DNA of 64,000 bases from an uncultured Verrucomicrobiae bacterium (GCA_963756875.1 CAVWPA010000001.1:352001-416000); one strand, 5' to 3'. Shown: positions 1 to 9,320, numbered from the stretch's first letter. Made by a program: numbers and translations. Notes: generated from the letters alone by a model not told the origin.

Positions 1-179
1 TCGCGCAGCCTGCGACTGCCAATAAGTTGGCGATGTTGCTGGAAAAAACAGGAAAGGAAATTGAGTTGATTATTCACCCCGGGGTCGGTCATGCGCTGGT
101 GGAAAATGATGTTCTTGCGTCCCGGCAATGGCTGGGAGGTAGCGAGTTGGATTTGACCGAAAGGCATTCATTCCGATAA
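1..179 (+). CDS. 3' end of a probable alpha/beta hydrolase (phospholipase/carboxylesterase type), truncated by the window edge
   Basis: Read by hand from position 3: AQPATANKLAMLLEKTGKEIELIIHPGVGHALVENDVLASRQWL...HSFR, TAA at 177-179. The 'GHAL..D....W' ending resembles small serine esterases. Confidence 0.55.
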   Translation, partial: AQPATANKLAMLLEKTGKEIELIIHPGVGHALVENDVLASRQWLGGSELDLTERHSFR

Positions 180-198
180 ATAGACAGCTTTTCATGTC

Positions 199-1257
199 AT
201 GCTGATTGTAATGAACACTGGCGCCACCGACGAAGAAATCGATGGTGTGGTCGAAATAATCGAGTCGCTCGGTTTCCGGGCTCATGTGATGCCTGGGATG
301 ACGCGAACGGCGATCGGGGTGACCGGCAATAAAGGACCGGTCGATCTCAGCCATTTCGAGAATTTGCCGGGGGTGGCGGAAGCGATCCGCGTTACAAAGC
401 CGTATAAGCTGGTTTCGCTCGATCTTCGTCCGGACCGAACGGTGGTCGATTTTGGCGATGGCGCAAAAATCGGTGACGGGTCGCTTGCGATCATCGCGGG
501 GCCCTGTTCGATCGAGAATCGTAAACAGGCGTTCGAAGTTGCCGCGTCCGTCATGAAAAGCGGCGCCAGGTTTTTCCGCGGCGGCGCATTCAAACCGCGC
601 ACCTCGCCGTATTCGTTTTCGGGTCTTGGAGAAGAAGCGTTAAGAATCCTGGCAGAGATCCGCGAGCAATTCGGCTTGAAAATCGTTACCGAGGCACTGG
701 ATGAAGCCAATGTCGATTTGGTCGAAAAATATGCGGACATGATTCAGATTGGTGCGCGCAACATGCAAAACTTCACTTTGTTGCGTCGAGTCGGCCGTTC
801 CAAATTGCCGGTCCTTTTGAAGCGGGGCATGGCGGCAACCCTGGAGGAATGGTTGCTTGCGGCCGAATACGTAATGGCGGAAGGAAACTACAGAGTCGTG
901 TTGTGCGAACGCGGTGTAAGAACTTTCGCACAGCACACTCGCAATACCCTCGATCTTGCCGCGGTACCGGCCGTTCGACGCATTTCTCATCTGCCGGTAA
1001 TCGTGGATGCGGCGCATGGGACTGGGAGAAGTTACATGGTTGCGCCCCTGGCGCGCGCCGGCGTGGCCGTCGGAGCGGACGGAATCATGATCGAGGTGCA
1101 TGCTCGCCCGGAAGAGGCATTGTCGGACGGCGCCCAGGCCCTCAATCTCGAGGAATATTCGCAAGCCGTGAAAGAGCTTCGGGCGATCCACAACGTGGTG
1201 TCTTCTGAAGAAGCGTCTCCGACGCCGTTACTGAAAGTGGTCGCTAATCCGCGCTGA
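199..1257 (+). CDS. aroF: 3-deoxy-7-phosphoheptulonate (DAHP) synthase, type I-beta with N-terminal regulatory domain
   Basis: Motifs [42 protein letters not shown], plus an N-terminal ferredoxin-like regulatory segment. Confidence 0.95.
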   Translation: MLIVMNTGATDEEIDGVVEIIESLGFRAHVMPGMTRTAIGVTGNKGPVDLSHFENLPGVAEAIRVTKPYKLVSLDLRPDRTVVDFGDGAKIGDGSLAIIAGPCSIENRKQAFEVAASVMKSGARFFRGGAFKPRTSPYSFSGLGEEALRILAEIREQFGLKIVTEALDEANVDLVEKYADMIQIGARNMQNFTLLRRVGRSKLPVLLKRGMAATLEEWLLAAEYVMAEGNYRVVLCERGVRTFAQHTRNTLDLAAVPAVRRISHLPVIVDAAHGTGRSYMVAPLARAGVAVGADGIMIEVHARPEEALSDGAQALNLEEYSQAVKELRAIHNVVSSEEASPTPLLKVVANPR

Positions 1258-1318
1258 GCGAGAACATGTCTCCGATCGATTAACGCCGGCGTCGCTGGCG
1301 GAGAAACAGAGCTGCTCA

Positions 1319-1882
1319 CTACAGGCTCAAAAAATTCGCGAGAAGCTTTTTCCCCTCCGCTGTCAGGATCGATTCCGGGTGAAATTGCACGCCGTAAATT
1401 GGAAATTTCCGGTGCTGCAATCCCATGATTTCGCCGTCGTCGGTCTCGGCGGTGATTTCCAGCGAGTCTGGCAACGATTCGCGCCGGACGATCAATGAAT
1501 GGTAGCGCGTTGCCTCAAGCGGCTGCGCCAGGTCTTGGAAAACGCCGCGATTGTTATGCCGGATCGTTGATGTCTTGCCATGCATCGGCTTTTCGGCGCG
1601 CACGATCTGCCCGCCAAAGACTTGCGCGATGCACTGATGACCGAGGCAAACCCCCAGAATCGGAACGCGCCCCCCCATCTCGCGAACGACCTCTTCGCTG
1701 ATTCCGGCATCTTCCGGCCGGCCCGGCCCGGGCGAGATGCAGATCCGGTCGGGGCCGAGTTTTTTGATCTCGCCGGCCGTCACTTCGTCGTTCCGCTTGA
1801 CGACAATATCCGCCCGCAGCTCACCGAAATACTGGGCGAGATTGTAAGTGAACGAGTCGTAATTATCGATGAGGAGAAGCAT
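1319..1882 (-). CDS. trpG: Anthranilate synthase / aminodeoxychorismate synthase component II (glutamine amidotransferase)
   Basis: [39 protein letters not shown] at 1882. Confidence 0.93.
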   Translation of the reverse strand: MLLLIDNYDSFTYNLAQYFGELRADIVVKRNDEVTAGEIKKLGPDRICISPGPGRPEDAGISEEVVREMGGRVPILGVCLGHQCIAQVFGGQIVRAEKPMHGKTSTIRHNNRGVFQDLAQPLEATRYHSLIVRRESLPDSLEITAETDDGEIMGLQHRKFPIYGVQFHPESILTAEGKKLLANFLSL

Positions 1883-1888
1883 TTCTTC

Positions 1889-1950
1889 TGTAGCGGCAGC
1901 CGTGTCGGCTGCGCACCGCAACCTTCGCCCCCGACACATTTGCCGCTACA
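1889..1950. repeat. GTAG-type REP-like palindrome between trpE and trpG
   Basis: Perfect terminal inverted repeat tgtagcggca/tgccgctaca; contains the trpE TAG stop at 1946-1948. Confidence 0.75.
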
Positions 1951-3427
1951 ATTTTTTCGCGCGACCAATTGCTTCAAGCATCGCTTTTGCTTTGTTCACG
2001 GTCTCGTCGAATTCGCGGGAAGGATCGGAGTCAGCCACAATCCCGGCGCCGCTTTGCAGGTACGCGCTGCCGTCTTGAAGCACAATTGAACGGATCGCGA
2101 TGCAGCTGTCGTGTGAGCCGTCGAAACCGAAGTAACCGACAATTCCGGCGTAAAATCCGCGCCGGCTTTTTTCCAGTTCCGCAATGATTTGCATGGCGCG
2201 AATTTTCGGCGCGCCGGAAACAGTGCCGGCGGGAAACGTGGCCCGCATCGCATCGAATGCATTCTTTCCGTCGCGCAGGCGCGCCACTACGTGAGACACG
2301 ATGTGCATGACATGACTGTAGCGTTCGATCGCCATTTGCTCGGTTACCTGGACCGTGCCGAATTGAGCGACACGGCCGAGGTCGTTGCGGCCGAGATCGA
2401 TCAACATCACGTGTTCGGCCCGCTCTTTTGGATCCGCAATCAGTTCGCTGGCAAGTCGTTCGTCTTCAGCGGAATCGCTTCCGCGGGGCCGGGTGCCGGC
2501 AATCGGCCGAATTTGAGCGACGCTCTCCCGCACTCGGACGTGCAACTCCGGCGAACTGCCGAGGGCGACAAAATCCTTCTTTAACTTAAGACAAAACATA
2601 TAGGGCGAGGGATTACCGAAACGGAGGCAGCGGTAGAGATCGAGCGGATCCCCGGCGAATTTGGTTTCGAAACGCTGCGAGAGGACTACCTGGAAGATGT
2701 CGCCGGCGGCGATGAGCTCCTTTCCCCGGACCACCATCGATTCAAATTCTTCGCGAGTGGTGTTGCTGCGCGCAGGCGGCGGCGCCTCGATCGGTTGCGC
2801 ATCAATGGGGCGAAGAATTTTCGATTGATTAAGCCGTTCAATTGCGTTCTCGAGATCGCCGCGCGCGCGGTTGTATCCCTCATCAACGGAAGTTTGATCG
2901 TCGATGCACGCACTGATTATGAGACGCAGTTTGCGGAAGCGATGATCGAAAACGAGCAGCGTGCGCGCGATCATGAACATCATGTCGGGCAGGTGCAGAT
3001 CGTCTTTTGGATGAACCGGAACCGTCGGCTCGAAGAAGCGCACAAGATCGTAACCAATGTACCCGACAGCGCCGCCGGCGAAGTGCGGCAACTCCCTGGG
3101 TGCGACAAATTGAAATTGCGCCATGAGTCCTTCCAGTTCGGCAAGCGGATCGCTCTTCGTTTCGAAACTCCGGGTGCGTCCGTTCTCGGTGATGGAAATG
3201 GCCGATGCGGTACTTTCAAAAATGACCAGAGGATCGAACCCGATGAAGGAGAAGCGTCCCGATTCCTCGTGTTTCTCAGCCGATTCGAAGAGGAAACATG
3301 GTTTTCCCTGATCGATTTTGGCGAAGGCCGACACAGGGGTCTCCACATCCGCAACGAGATCGACAATTAACGGGATGAGATTGCCGCGTTTTGAGAGCGC
3401 GCGAAATTCGTCGCGGGAAGGGGAAAT
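1946..3427 (-). CDS. trpE: Anthranilate synthase component I; start uncertain (ORF track begins at GTG 3346)
   Basis: ETPVSAF, GGAVGYIGYD, FQVVLSQR, NPSPY, SSPE, IAGTRPRG, EHVMLIDLGRND, PAGTVSGAPK. The frame stays open upstream with a TrpE-like ISPSRDEFRALSKRGNLIPL segment. Confidence 0.92.
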   Translation of the reverse strand: MSPSRDEFRALSKRGNLIPLIVDLVADVETPVSAFAKIDQGKPCFLFESAEKHEESGRFSFIGFDPLVIFESTASAISITENGRTRSFETKSDPLAELEGLMAQFQFVAPRELPHFAGGAVGYIGYDLVRFFEPTVPVHPKDDLHLPDMMFMIARTLLVFDHRFRKLRLIISACIDDQTSVDEGYNRARGDLENAIERLNQSKILRPIDAQPIEAPPPARSNTTREEFESMVVRGKELIAAGDIFQVVLSQRFETKFAGDPLDLYRCLRFGNPSPYMFCLKLKKDFVALGSSPELHVRVRESVAQIRPIAGTRPRGSDSAEDERLASELIADPKERAEHVMLIDLGRNDLGRVAQFGTVQVTEQMAIERYSHVMHIVSHVVARLRDGKNAFDAMRATFPAGTVSGAPKIRAMQIIAELEKSRRGFYAGIVGYFGFDGSHDSCIAIRSIVLQDGSAYLQSGAGIVADSDPSREFDETVNKAKAMLEAIGRAKKL

Positions 3428-3516
3428 GGAGTAATGTATTGGCGGAGTAATGGAGTGGTGGAGTGATGAGTTGCTGCGTCACAGTATTCCACTACTCCGG
3501 CACTCCACTACTCCAT
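3427..3516. repeat. Low-complexity quasi-palindromic repeat (TGGAGTRR units and their complement)
   Basis: tggagtaat..ggagtaatggagtggtggagtgat followed by ccactactcc..cactccactactcca. Confidence 0.6.
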
Positions 3517-3579
3517 TTCTCGTTGAATTAGAGGTTGCAGAGCGGGCCTGCCACGTCATTATTTGGGTCCGCCAAAAAT

Positions 3580-3654
<75 letters not shown>

Positions 3655-3656
3655 GC

Positions 3657-3777
3657 CTTCGCTTTGGAGCGCAGCGGAAAAGTGAAGGCTGCCACGCCGG
3701 AGCCTTGGCGGAGGCGGGCGTTTTTTATTTTCATTTTGCGCTCCAAAGACTACGGCTTGGCAGGCCAGCCAGTGAAA
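3657..3777 (+). repeat. 121-bp structured direct repeat, copy 1
   Basis: Matches 4004-4124 apart from 2 substitutions; internal inverted repeat ctttggagcgca/tgcgctccaaag. Confidence 0.95.
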
Positions 3778-4002
3778 GGATTCTTTTACGTCTACATTCT
3801 CGTCAGCGAAATCGATGACGCGATTCACTACAGCGGTCTCACGCGCGACCTGGGGGCTAGACTAAAGGCGCACAACCAAGGGGGATGCCCGCATACACGC
3901 AAACACAGGCCATGGCGGGTCGAAACCGGAAACAAAGCGCTCGCCTTTGAAAGGTACCTCAAGACTGGCTCCGGGCGAGAATTCGGTCGTCGTCATTTTT
4001 GA
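3772..4002 (+). CDS. Small GIY-YIG nuclease-family protein (UPF0213/YhbQ-like), possibly degenerate
   Basis: MKGFFYVYILVS...HYSGLTRDLGARLKAHNQG..PHTRKHRPW...ALAFERYLKTGSGREF; 76 aa; segment between RPW and ALAFE looks short. Confidence 0.85.
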   Translation: MKGFFYVYILVSEIDDAIHYSGLTRDLGARLKAHNQGGCPHTRKHRPWRVETGNKALAFERYLKTGSGREFGRRHF

Positions 4003-4003
4003 A

Positions 4004-4124
4004 CTTCGCTTTGGAGCGCAGCGGAAAAGTGAAGGCTGCCACGCCGGAGCCTCGGCGGAGGCGGGCGTTTTCTATTTTCATTTTGCGCTCCAAAGACTAC
4101 GGCTTGGCAGGCCAGCCAGTGAAA
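4004..4124 (+). repeat. 121-bp structured direct repeat, copy 2
   Basis: Copy of 3657-3777 beginning 1 nt after the GIY-YIG stop codon. Confidence 0.95.
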
Positions 4125-4128
4125 TAAT

Positions 4129-4158
4129 TGAATCCAAACCGGTCCGCCGCCGCATCTT
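4129..4158 (+). promoter_or_regulatory. Candidate ECF-sigma promoter for the 4176-5712 operon
   Basis: TGAATCC...GCATCT arrangement just upstream of the RBS (aagga) and ATG 4176; inferred from typical ECF autoregulation. Confidence 0.35.
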
Positions 4159-4175
4159 ACTTTCAAAGGAATATC

Positions 4176-4826
4176 ATGAAAACATCACTCATCGTTTGTG
4201 TCTGCTCCCTCGGGCTCGCGCTTTGGGCCTTTGGCCAAAATGCACCCGCGACGCCGCCTGCGGCGACCTTGCCATCACCCGCGATGTCTGTTACTCCGTC
4301 GCCCACGGCAACCTCCTCGGCCTCGGAGGATTTGGCCGACAGGATTGAGCAGCGGATCGAGAAGAAATTCAGCGGACACCACGGCGTCGTCATCAGCGGT
4401 CATGGTGAAAAAGCCGAATCCGAGGATATCCCGGACATCGCGGTCCCCATCGTTGCGATCACATTGTTAACGGTATTTGGCGCGCCGGTGCTCATTGTTG
4501 CCGTGATCATGTATTTCAGTTTTTCCAAGTCCCGGGCGCTCCATCGCACCGTCCGGATGATGGTTGAAAAGGGCCAGCCAGTGCCCGCTGCGTTGTTAAA
4601 TCCACCGCCCGCCCAACGGCAGCGGTCCGACATGCGCCGGGGAGTTGTGCTGGTGATGATCGGTCTTGGCCTGATGGTCTTTCTCGGCGCCGTAAACGAT
4701 TGGGAAGGCGGTGCCTGGAGCATTGGCATCATTCCCTTTCTGATCGGGGCCGGCTACCTGCTGGTATGGAGGCTGGATGCAAAGAACAAAGACAATCCCA
4801 AGGACAACCCGCCGCCGCTGCCCTAG
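4176..4826 (+). CDS. Membrane protein with signal peptide and C-terminal TM hairpins (DUF6249-like), ECF-associated
   Basis: Signal peptide, Pro/Thr/Ser linker, TM helix, MVEKGQPVP, RRGVVLVMIGLGL..GIIPFLIGAGYLL. Confidence 0.7.
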   Translation: MKTSLIVCVCSLGLALWAFGQNAPATPPAATLPSPAMSVTPSPTATSSASEDLADRIEQRIEKKFSGHHGVVISGHGEKAESEDIPDIAVPIVAITLLTVFGAPVLIVAVIMYFSFSKSRALHRTVRMMVEKGQPVPAALLNPPPAQRQRSDMRRGVVLVMIGLGLMVFLGAVNDWEGGAWSIGIIPFLIGAGYLLVWRLDAKNKDNPKDNPPPLP

Positions 4827-4835
4827 TATCGAGCC

Positions 4836-5372
4836 GTGGAGCTCACTGATGCGGACCTCGTCGCGCGGGTTCTTGTCGATGACGACCAGCATGCGTTTGG
4901 CGAGTTGGTGCGAAGGCACCAGTCCAGCGTGCGCGGTCTGCTGCGACAACTTACCCGCACCGATCTTGCCCTGGCAGACGATCTCGCCCAGGAAACATTT
5001 CTCCGCGCCTACAAGCACATCCGCAGTTTTCGGGGCGAAGCGCGTTTTTCCACGTGGCTTTACCGGATTGCGTACAACTGTTTTCGCGAAGACGCGCGCC
5101 GCCGCAAGGAACTTGTGGGAATTAACGAGGAGCAATGGCAGGCCGAGGCCGATCCTCACACTGCCGATCCTGGTCTAAGACATGATCTTATGCATGCTCT
5201 AAGTTTACTGCCTCTGCACGAGCGAACGGCCGTATTGCTTTGTTGCCAAAATGGACTATCGCATGATGAGGCCGCCCGCGTTCTGGATATTCCGCTGGGG
5301 ACGGTCAAAACAAATGTCTTGCGCGGTCGGGAGAAATTAAAGAAAACACTGGCAGCGTGGGGGCCGAATTAG
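4836..5372 (+). CDS. ECF-family RNA polymerase sigma factor
   Basis: AFGELVRRHQ, ADDLAQETFLRAY, FSTWLYRIAYN, GLSHDEAARVLDIPLGTVKT. Confidence 0.93.
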   Translation: MELTDADLVARVLVDDDQHAFGELVRRHQSSVRGLLRQLTRTDLALADDLAQETFLRAYKHIRSFRGEARFSTWLYRIAYNCFREDARRRKELVGINEEQWQAEADPHTADPGLRHDLMHALSLLPLHERTAVLLCCQNGLSHDEAARVLDIPLGTVKTNVLRGREKLKKTLAAWGPN

Positions 5373-5373
5373 T

Positions 5374-5712
5374 ATGAACGATATGAACCGGGAAGACTGG
5401 CTGGATCAACAATTGCGCGATGCTGCGCCATACATCGACGACGATGGATTCACCCGGCGTGTCATGGCCAGCCTGCCTGCGCCGAGACGCGGGCGGGAAT
5501 CGCTGCGGACGATCATCCTGATCGGGATCACCCTGCTTGCCAGCGTGCTTGCTGCGATTTCGGGCGGAGGCCGCTTCGTCACAGTGGAAGTAATGCGGCT
5601 AACCGCTTTGCCTGCCTTGTGGATTTTCGTGTTCGCAGTCGGCGCCGGATTTCTGGTGATGACGGGCGGTCTTGTCGCCGCCGTTGCTAGGACAAGCCGC
5701 GATCGCCTCTAA
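5374..5712 (+). CDS. Putative membrane anti-sigma factor (DUF5056-like)
   Basis: Directly after the ECF gene; IDDDGFTRRVMASLP followed by two TM helices. Confidence 0.65.
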   Translation: MNDMNREDWLDQQLRDAAPYIDDDGFTRRVMASLPAPRRGRESLRTIILIGITLLASVLAAISGGGRFVTVEVMRLTALPALWIFVFAVGAGFLVMTGGLVAAVARTSRDRL

Positions 5713-5754
5713 TACATCGATTGCATTAGACGATCTTAGACACTAACTTATCGG

Positions 5755-6138
5755 ATGTTTAGAAACATTCCGAGTTCCGTCCTTAGGGAACTGGTGAAAC
5801 TTTCCGAGCGCAAGGAAGCGCTCATGGCGCGAATCCAGGAGATTGATCGCCGAATGGTGCGGGTCCAGGCGACGTTCGGAATTCCAGTGCATGGTGACGA
5901 GCAGGCTGCCCCTGTCACGGTATCCGGGATGACCCGCCGGCGTCGGGCGAAGCGCGGCGCTCTTAAGGAGAAAATCGTGGGAGCTTTGCGCAAAGCCGGG
6001 AAAAGAGGGGCCACCATTCGTGAGCTCGCGGCAAAACTGCATGTTCCGAGCGCGAATCTTTACGTTTGGTTTAACGGCACAGGCAGAAACGTGCCAGGGA
6101 TCCGGAAGATCGGTGTGGCCAAATACCGGTTAGGCTAG
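5755..6138 (+). CDS. Small basic protein: N-terminal coiled coil plus C-terminal HTH-like region (putative DNA-binding)
   Basis: LVKLSERKEALMARIQEIDRR, then RRRRAKRGALKEKIVGALRKAG..GATIRELAAKLHV..ANLYVWF. Confidence 0.6.
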   Translation: MFRNIPSSVLRELVKLSERKEALMARIQEIDRRMVRVQATFGIPVHGDEQAAPVTVSGMTRRRRAKRGALKEKIVGALRKAGKRGATIRELAAKLHVPSANLYVWFNGTGRNVPGIRKIGVAKYRLG

Positions 6139-7070
6139 GGCGTGGCGGCGAGCAGCTCGCGCGCCCGCCGAACATCGGCCTCGATCTGCTTCACCAGCGC
6201 ATCGACGTTTTCGAATCTCTTTTCCGGCCTGAGATGCCGGATGAATTGCACTTCCATCTCTTTGCCGTAAATGTCGCGGTCGAAATCGAGCAGGTGGATC
6301 TCCAGGACACGATGTTTCGCGTCTCCGCTGACGGTCGGCCGATAGCCGAGATTCACCAGGCCGGGGTAGCGAACGCCGTCGAATCTTGCTTCGGCAAAAT
6401 AAACTCCGTTCGGCGGGAATTGCTCGCTGTGGGCGCTCAGGTTCGCCGTCGGGAAGCCGATTTTCTTCCCGAGATTGTCGCCATGGATAACGGTTCCCAG
6501 AATCGTGTAATCGCGGCCCAGCATTTCAGCTGCCTTTGCAAAGTCGCCTTGTTCCACGGCGTGCCTGATGGCCGTGCTGCTGATGACTTCGCCGTTCAGC
6601 GTTACCGGCGGGATTCCAACAACGTCGAAGCGCAGGTGCGCTCCGAGTTTCTTGAGAAGATCCAGGTTTCCACGGCGATTTTTTCCAAATGACCATTGGT
6701 GCCCAACGCAAATTTCGCGCAGTGGTTTTGATTGCGCGACCAGTTGCCGGACGAAATCTTCCGGCTCGGTTTGGGCGAATTTGTTGTCGAAGGGAATGAT
6801 CAGGAGATGGTCCACGCCAAGATCGCGAATCAACGCAATCTTATGCTGGGTGGCGGTGAGCAAATGCGGCGCTGCCTGCGGTCGCAGCACTTTTTCGGGG
6901 TGCGGATCGAATGTGACGACTACCGGCATGCCATTGGCGGGTTTGGCGTGCTGGGCGGAAGTGGAAATAACGGCCTGATGTCCGCGGTGAACTCCGTCGA
7001 AGACGCCAATGGCCAGAAAGAGCGGGCCGGGCAAGCGCGACAGCTCGGGGATGGAATGAAGGAGTTCCAT
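6135..7070 (-). CDS. ribF: Bifunctional riboflavin kinase / FAD synthetase
   Basis: IGVFDGVHRGHQ, TFDPHP, ISSTAIR, GFPTAN, EIHLLDF, LRPEKRF; ATG 7070. Confidence 0.95.
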   Translation of the reverse strand: MELLHSIPELSRLPGPLFLAIGVFDGVHRGHQAVISTSAQHAKPANGMPVVVTFDPHPEKVLRPQAAPHLLTATQHKIALIRDLGVDHLLIIPFDNKFAQTEPEDFVRQLVAQSKPLREICVGHQWSFGKNRRGNLDLLKKLGAHLRFDVVGIPPVTLNGEVISSTAIRHAVEQGDFAKAAEMLGRDYTILGTVIHGDNLGKKIGFPTANLSAHSEQFPPNGVYFAEARFDGVRYPGLVNLGYRPTVSGDAKHRVLEIHLLDFDRDIYGKEMEVQFIRHLRPEKRFENVDALVKQIEADVRRARELLAATP

Positions 7071-7083
7071 CAGGGTCAGAAAG

Positions 7084-7204
7084 AAGCACCAAGCACCAAA
7101 CCCCAAGCACCAGGGAATCTCCAAGCTCTAATCTTCAATATCGCCCTTTGGTGCTTGATAATTGGTGCTTCTCTAGAGGTTGGCGCTTGGAGGTTGGTGC
7201 TTTT
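7084..7204. repeat. Palindromic cluster of AAGCACC / GGTGCTT units between truB and ribF
   Basis: aagcaccaagcaccaaaccccaagcacc ... tggtgcttgataattggtgctt..ttggcgcttggaggttggtgctt. Confidence 0.7.
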
Positions 7205-7206
7205 CA

Positions 7207-7929
7207 TTACGCTCCCCGCATCCGCGAGACTTCCGGAAGCGAGAGAATTCTGCGCACGATGTCTTCCGGTGACGCGCTCTGGATTTGGCCGACACTGATC
7301 GCGTTCGTAACATCGAACCGGCCCGACTTTGTCCGGCGCAACGATTTCAAATGTGCGCCGCAACCGAGCACCTCTCCGATATCGTGCACATAGGTGCGAA
7401 CATAGAAGCCTTTGCTGCAAACGACGCTGAAATCGATTTCGGGCGGAGCAATCCGGTCGATCGTATAACGATAAACGTGGACCAGGCGCGGTTCGCGCTC
7501 TACCACTTTTCCCTGGCGCGCGAGCTTGTAGAGAGGCACGCCGCCATGCTTTTTCGCGGAAACCATTGGCGGCATTTGATAAAAATCGCCGCGGAATTTT
7601 TCAAACGCGGCGCGAATTTCATTCTCGGTTAGTGCCGGTATGGGACGTTCGTTGATAATCTCGCCCTCACGATCCTGGGTACTGGTCGTGATGCCCAGCG
7701 TGAGTGTTCCGACATACTCCTTGTCTTCGCTCATGAGCAGGTCCTGGACTTTGGTCCCGCGGCCAATGGTCAACAGCAGCAAACCGGTTGCGATTGGATC
7801 AAGTGTTCCGCAATGACCAACTTTTTTGATTTGAAGTTTGCGCCGAACCAGGGCGACAACGTCGTGTGACGTCATGCCCCCGGCTTTATCGACGAGCAAC
7901 ACGCCGTCAGGAGTGGCAATCAAGGACAT
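7207..7929 (-). CDS. truB: tRNA pseudouridine(55) synthase
   Basis: GVLLVDK..GMTSHDVV, KVGHCGTLDPIATG, CSKGFYVRT; ATG 7929. Confidence 0.95.
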   Translation of the reverse strand: MSLIATPDGVLLVDKAGGMTSHDVVALVRRKLQIKKVGHCGTLDPIATGLLLLTIGRGTKVQDLLMSEDKEYVGTLTLGITTSTQDREGEIINERPIPALTENEIRAAFEKFRGDFYQMPPMVSAKKHGGVPLYKLARQGKVVEREPRLVHVYRYTIDRIAPPEIDFSVVCSKGFYVRTYVHDIGEVLGCGAHLKSLRRTKSGRFDVTNAISVGQIQSASPEDIVRRILSLPEVSRMRGA

Positions 7930-8908
7930 TGCTAATTGCCTCCAGGACTTTCTTTTCTGCTTCGGCGAGCGTGCCGCGCATGCGCGCCCCGGCCGCACGT
8001 TTGTGGCCGCCGCCTCCAAACTGAGCGCAAATTGCGCAGACGTCGGCCGCGTCGTTTTTTGAGCGCATGCTGATGCGCACCTTGCCGCCGGTGAGCTCCT
8101 CAAAAAAGACGGCGACAACGACTCCACGGATGGCGCGAAGATGATCGATGAGGCCCTCGTTGTCTTCCGGTAAAACCTCCAGTTTTCTCGCCAAATTCAG
8201 ACTTAAAGAAAAACTGGCGATCCGGCCGTGGCACTCAAAACGCATGGTGGCAAGGAGCTCCCGAAGCAACTCAATCCGGCGACGCGGATAGCTTTCGTAC
8301 AGCTGCTGGCTGACGCGGCCCACATCGATTCCAATACGCACGAGCCTGGCGGCAATCTCAAATGTCCGCGCAGTCGTGTTCGGATACTGAAATGAACCGG
8401 TGTCGGTCGAAATCGCGACGAAAAGATTTTCCGCGATATCGGGATTCACCGGCAATTTTTGATCCTCCATTAATTCAAAAACGATTTGGCCGGTCGCGGG
8501 CGCGGTTGGATCGATATGAACAATGTCGCCGTAGCCGGGGTTGCTCGAATGATGGTCGATATTGATCCAGACTTTGGCGGAGCGGATCGCGGCAACCGTT
8601 GTGCCAAGGCGATTTTGGACGGCGGTGTCGAGCGCGACTACGACATCGACATCTTCGGGCGCAGCGGGTGGTTTTGTAAGCAAGCCGGCGCTCGGAACAA
8701 AGTTGTACTTTTCGAGCATGCCATCCTCATTCCAGACGCGGACATCCTTGCCGAGTTGTTTTAAAGAAAGCGCCAGCGCGATCTGGCTGCCAAGCGCGTC
8801 GCCATCGGGGCGAACGTGGCTGAGAATGGCAAAGCGTTGATGTTCCCGCAGCGCCCTGCCGATCTCATCGAATTTGGAAGTAGTCATTGAATCAGCCGCG
8901 GCATTCAC
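7907..8908 (-). CDS. nrnA: DHH/DHHA1 bifunctional oligoribonuclease / pAp phosphatase
   Basis: HVRPDGDALGS, NIDHH, TDTGSF, FGGGGHKRAAG; GTGA overlap with the rbfA stop. Confidence 0.9.
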   Translation of the reverse strand: MNAAADSMTTSKFDEIGRALREHQRFAILSHVRPDGDALGSQIALALSLKQLGKDVRVWNEDGMLEKYNFVPSAGLLTKPPAAPEDVDVVVALDTAVQNRLGTTVAAIRSAKVWINIDHHSSNPGYGDIVHIDPTAPATGQIVFELMEDQKLPVNPDIAENLFVAISTDTGSFQYPNTTARTFEIAARLVRIGIDVGRVSQQLYESYPRRRIELLRELLATMRFECHGRIASFSLSLNLARKLEVLPEDNEGLIDHLRAIRGVVVAVFFEELTGGKVRISMRSKNDAADVCAICAQFGGGGHKRAAGARMRGTLAEAEKKVLEAISNVLDCHS

Positions 8909-9261
8909 GTGCTCTCGCCATCGTTGCCCGGTGTTTCGATTTCCCGCAGGATTTCGATGACACGAGAGCCGCGAGCAATGGAATCGTCGAGATGAAACAA
9001 AAGATGCGGTGTGTACTTCATCGTAAGGTGGCGCCCCAACTCGGATTGCAGCAGCGGCCGATGGGATTCAAGTTTGCTGACAACGGCCGCGCCTTTTTCG
9101 GGTCTTAGAACGCTGACGAACACGTGCGCATTTTTCAGGTCGGCGGTCACGTCGACGTGATTGATGCTGACCAGCGCGCCCTCGAAATTGATTTCACGCG
9201 TGATAATGCCACTCAGCTCTCTTTTGACCAGCTCGTTTACGCGCAATAATCGATGTTTCAT
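8905..9261 (-). CDS. rbfA: Ribosome-binding factor A
   Basis: RLLRVNELVKRELS, DLKNAHVFVS, KYTPHLLFHLDDSI; follows infB. Confidence 0.95.
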   Translation of the reverse strand: MKHRLLRVNELVKRELSGIITREINFEGALVSINHVDVTADLKNAHVFVSVLRPEKGAAVVSKLESHRPLLQSELGRHLTMKYTPHLLFHLDDSIARGSRVIEILREIETPGNDGEST

Positions 9262-9269
9262 AAAATTAT

Positions 9270-9320
9270 TGTAGGGCGTTTCTGCGAAACGCCGGCGTCC
9301 GCCGCGGCGGACGCCCTACA
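9270..9320. repeat. GTAG-type REP doublet between infB and rbfA
   Basis: tgtagggcgt/acgccctaca perfect ends; contains the infB TAG; inverted relative of 54130-54187. Confidence 0.8.

Noticed and set aside
3657..4124. CRISPR array or prophage att sites
   Set aside because: Only two 121-bp units with a protein-coding interval; no cas or integrase genes; the repeat does not include the tRNA 3' end.
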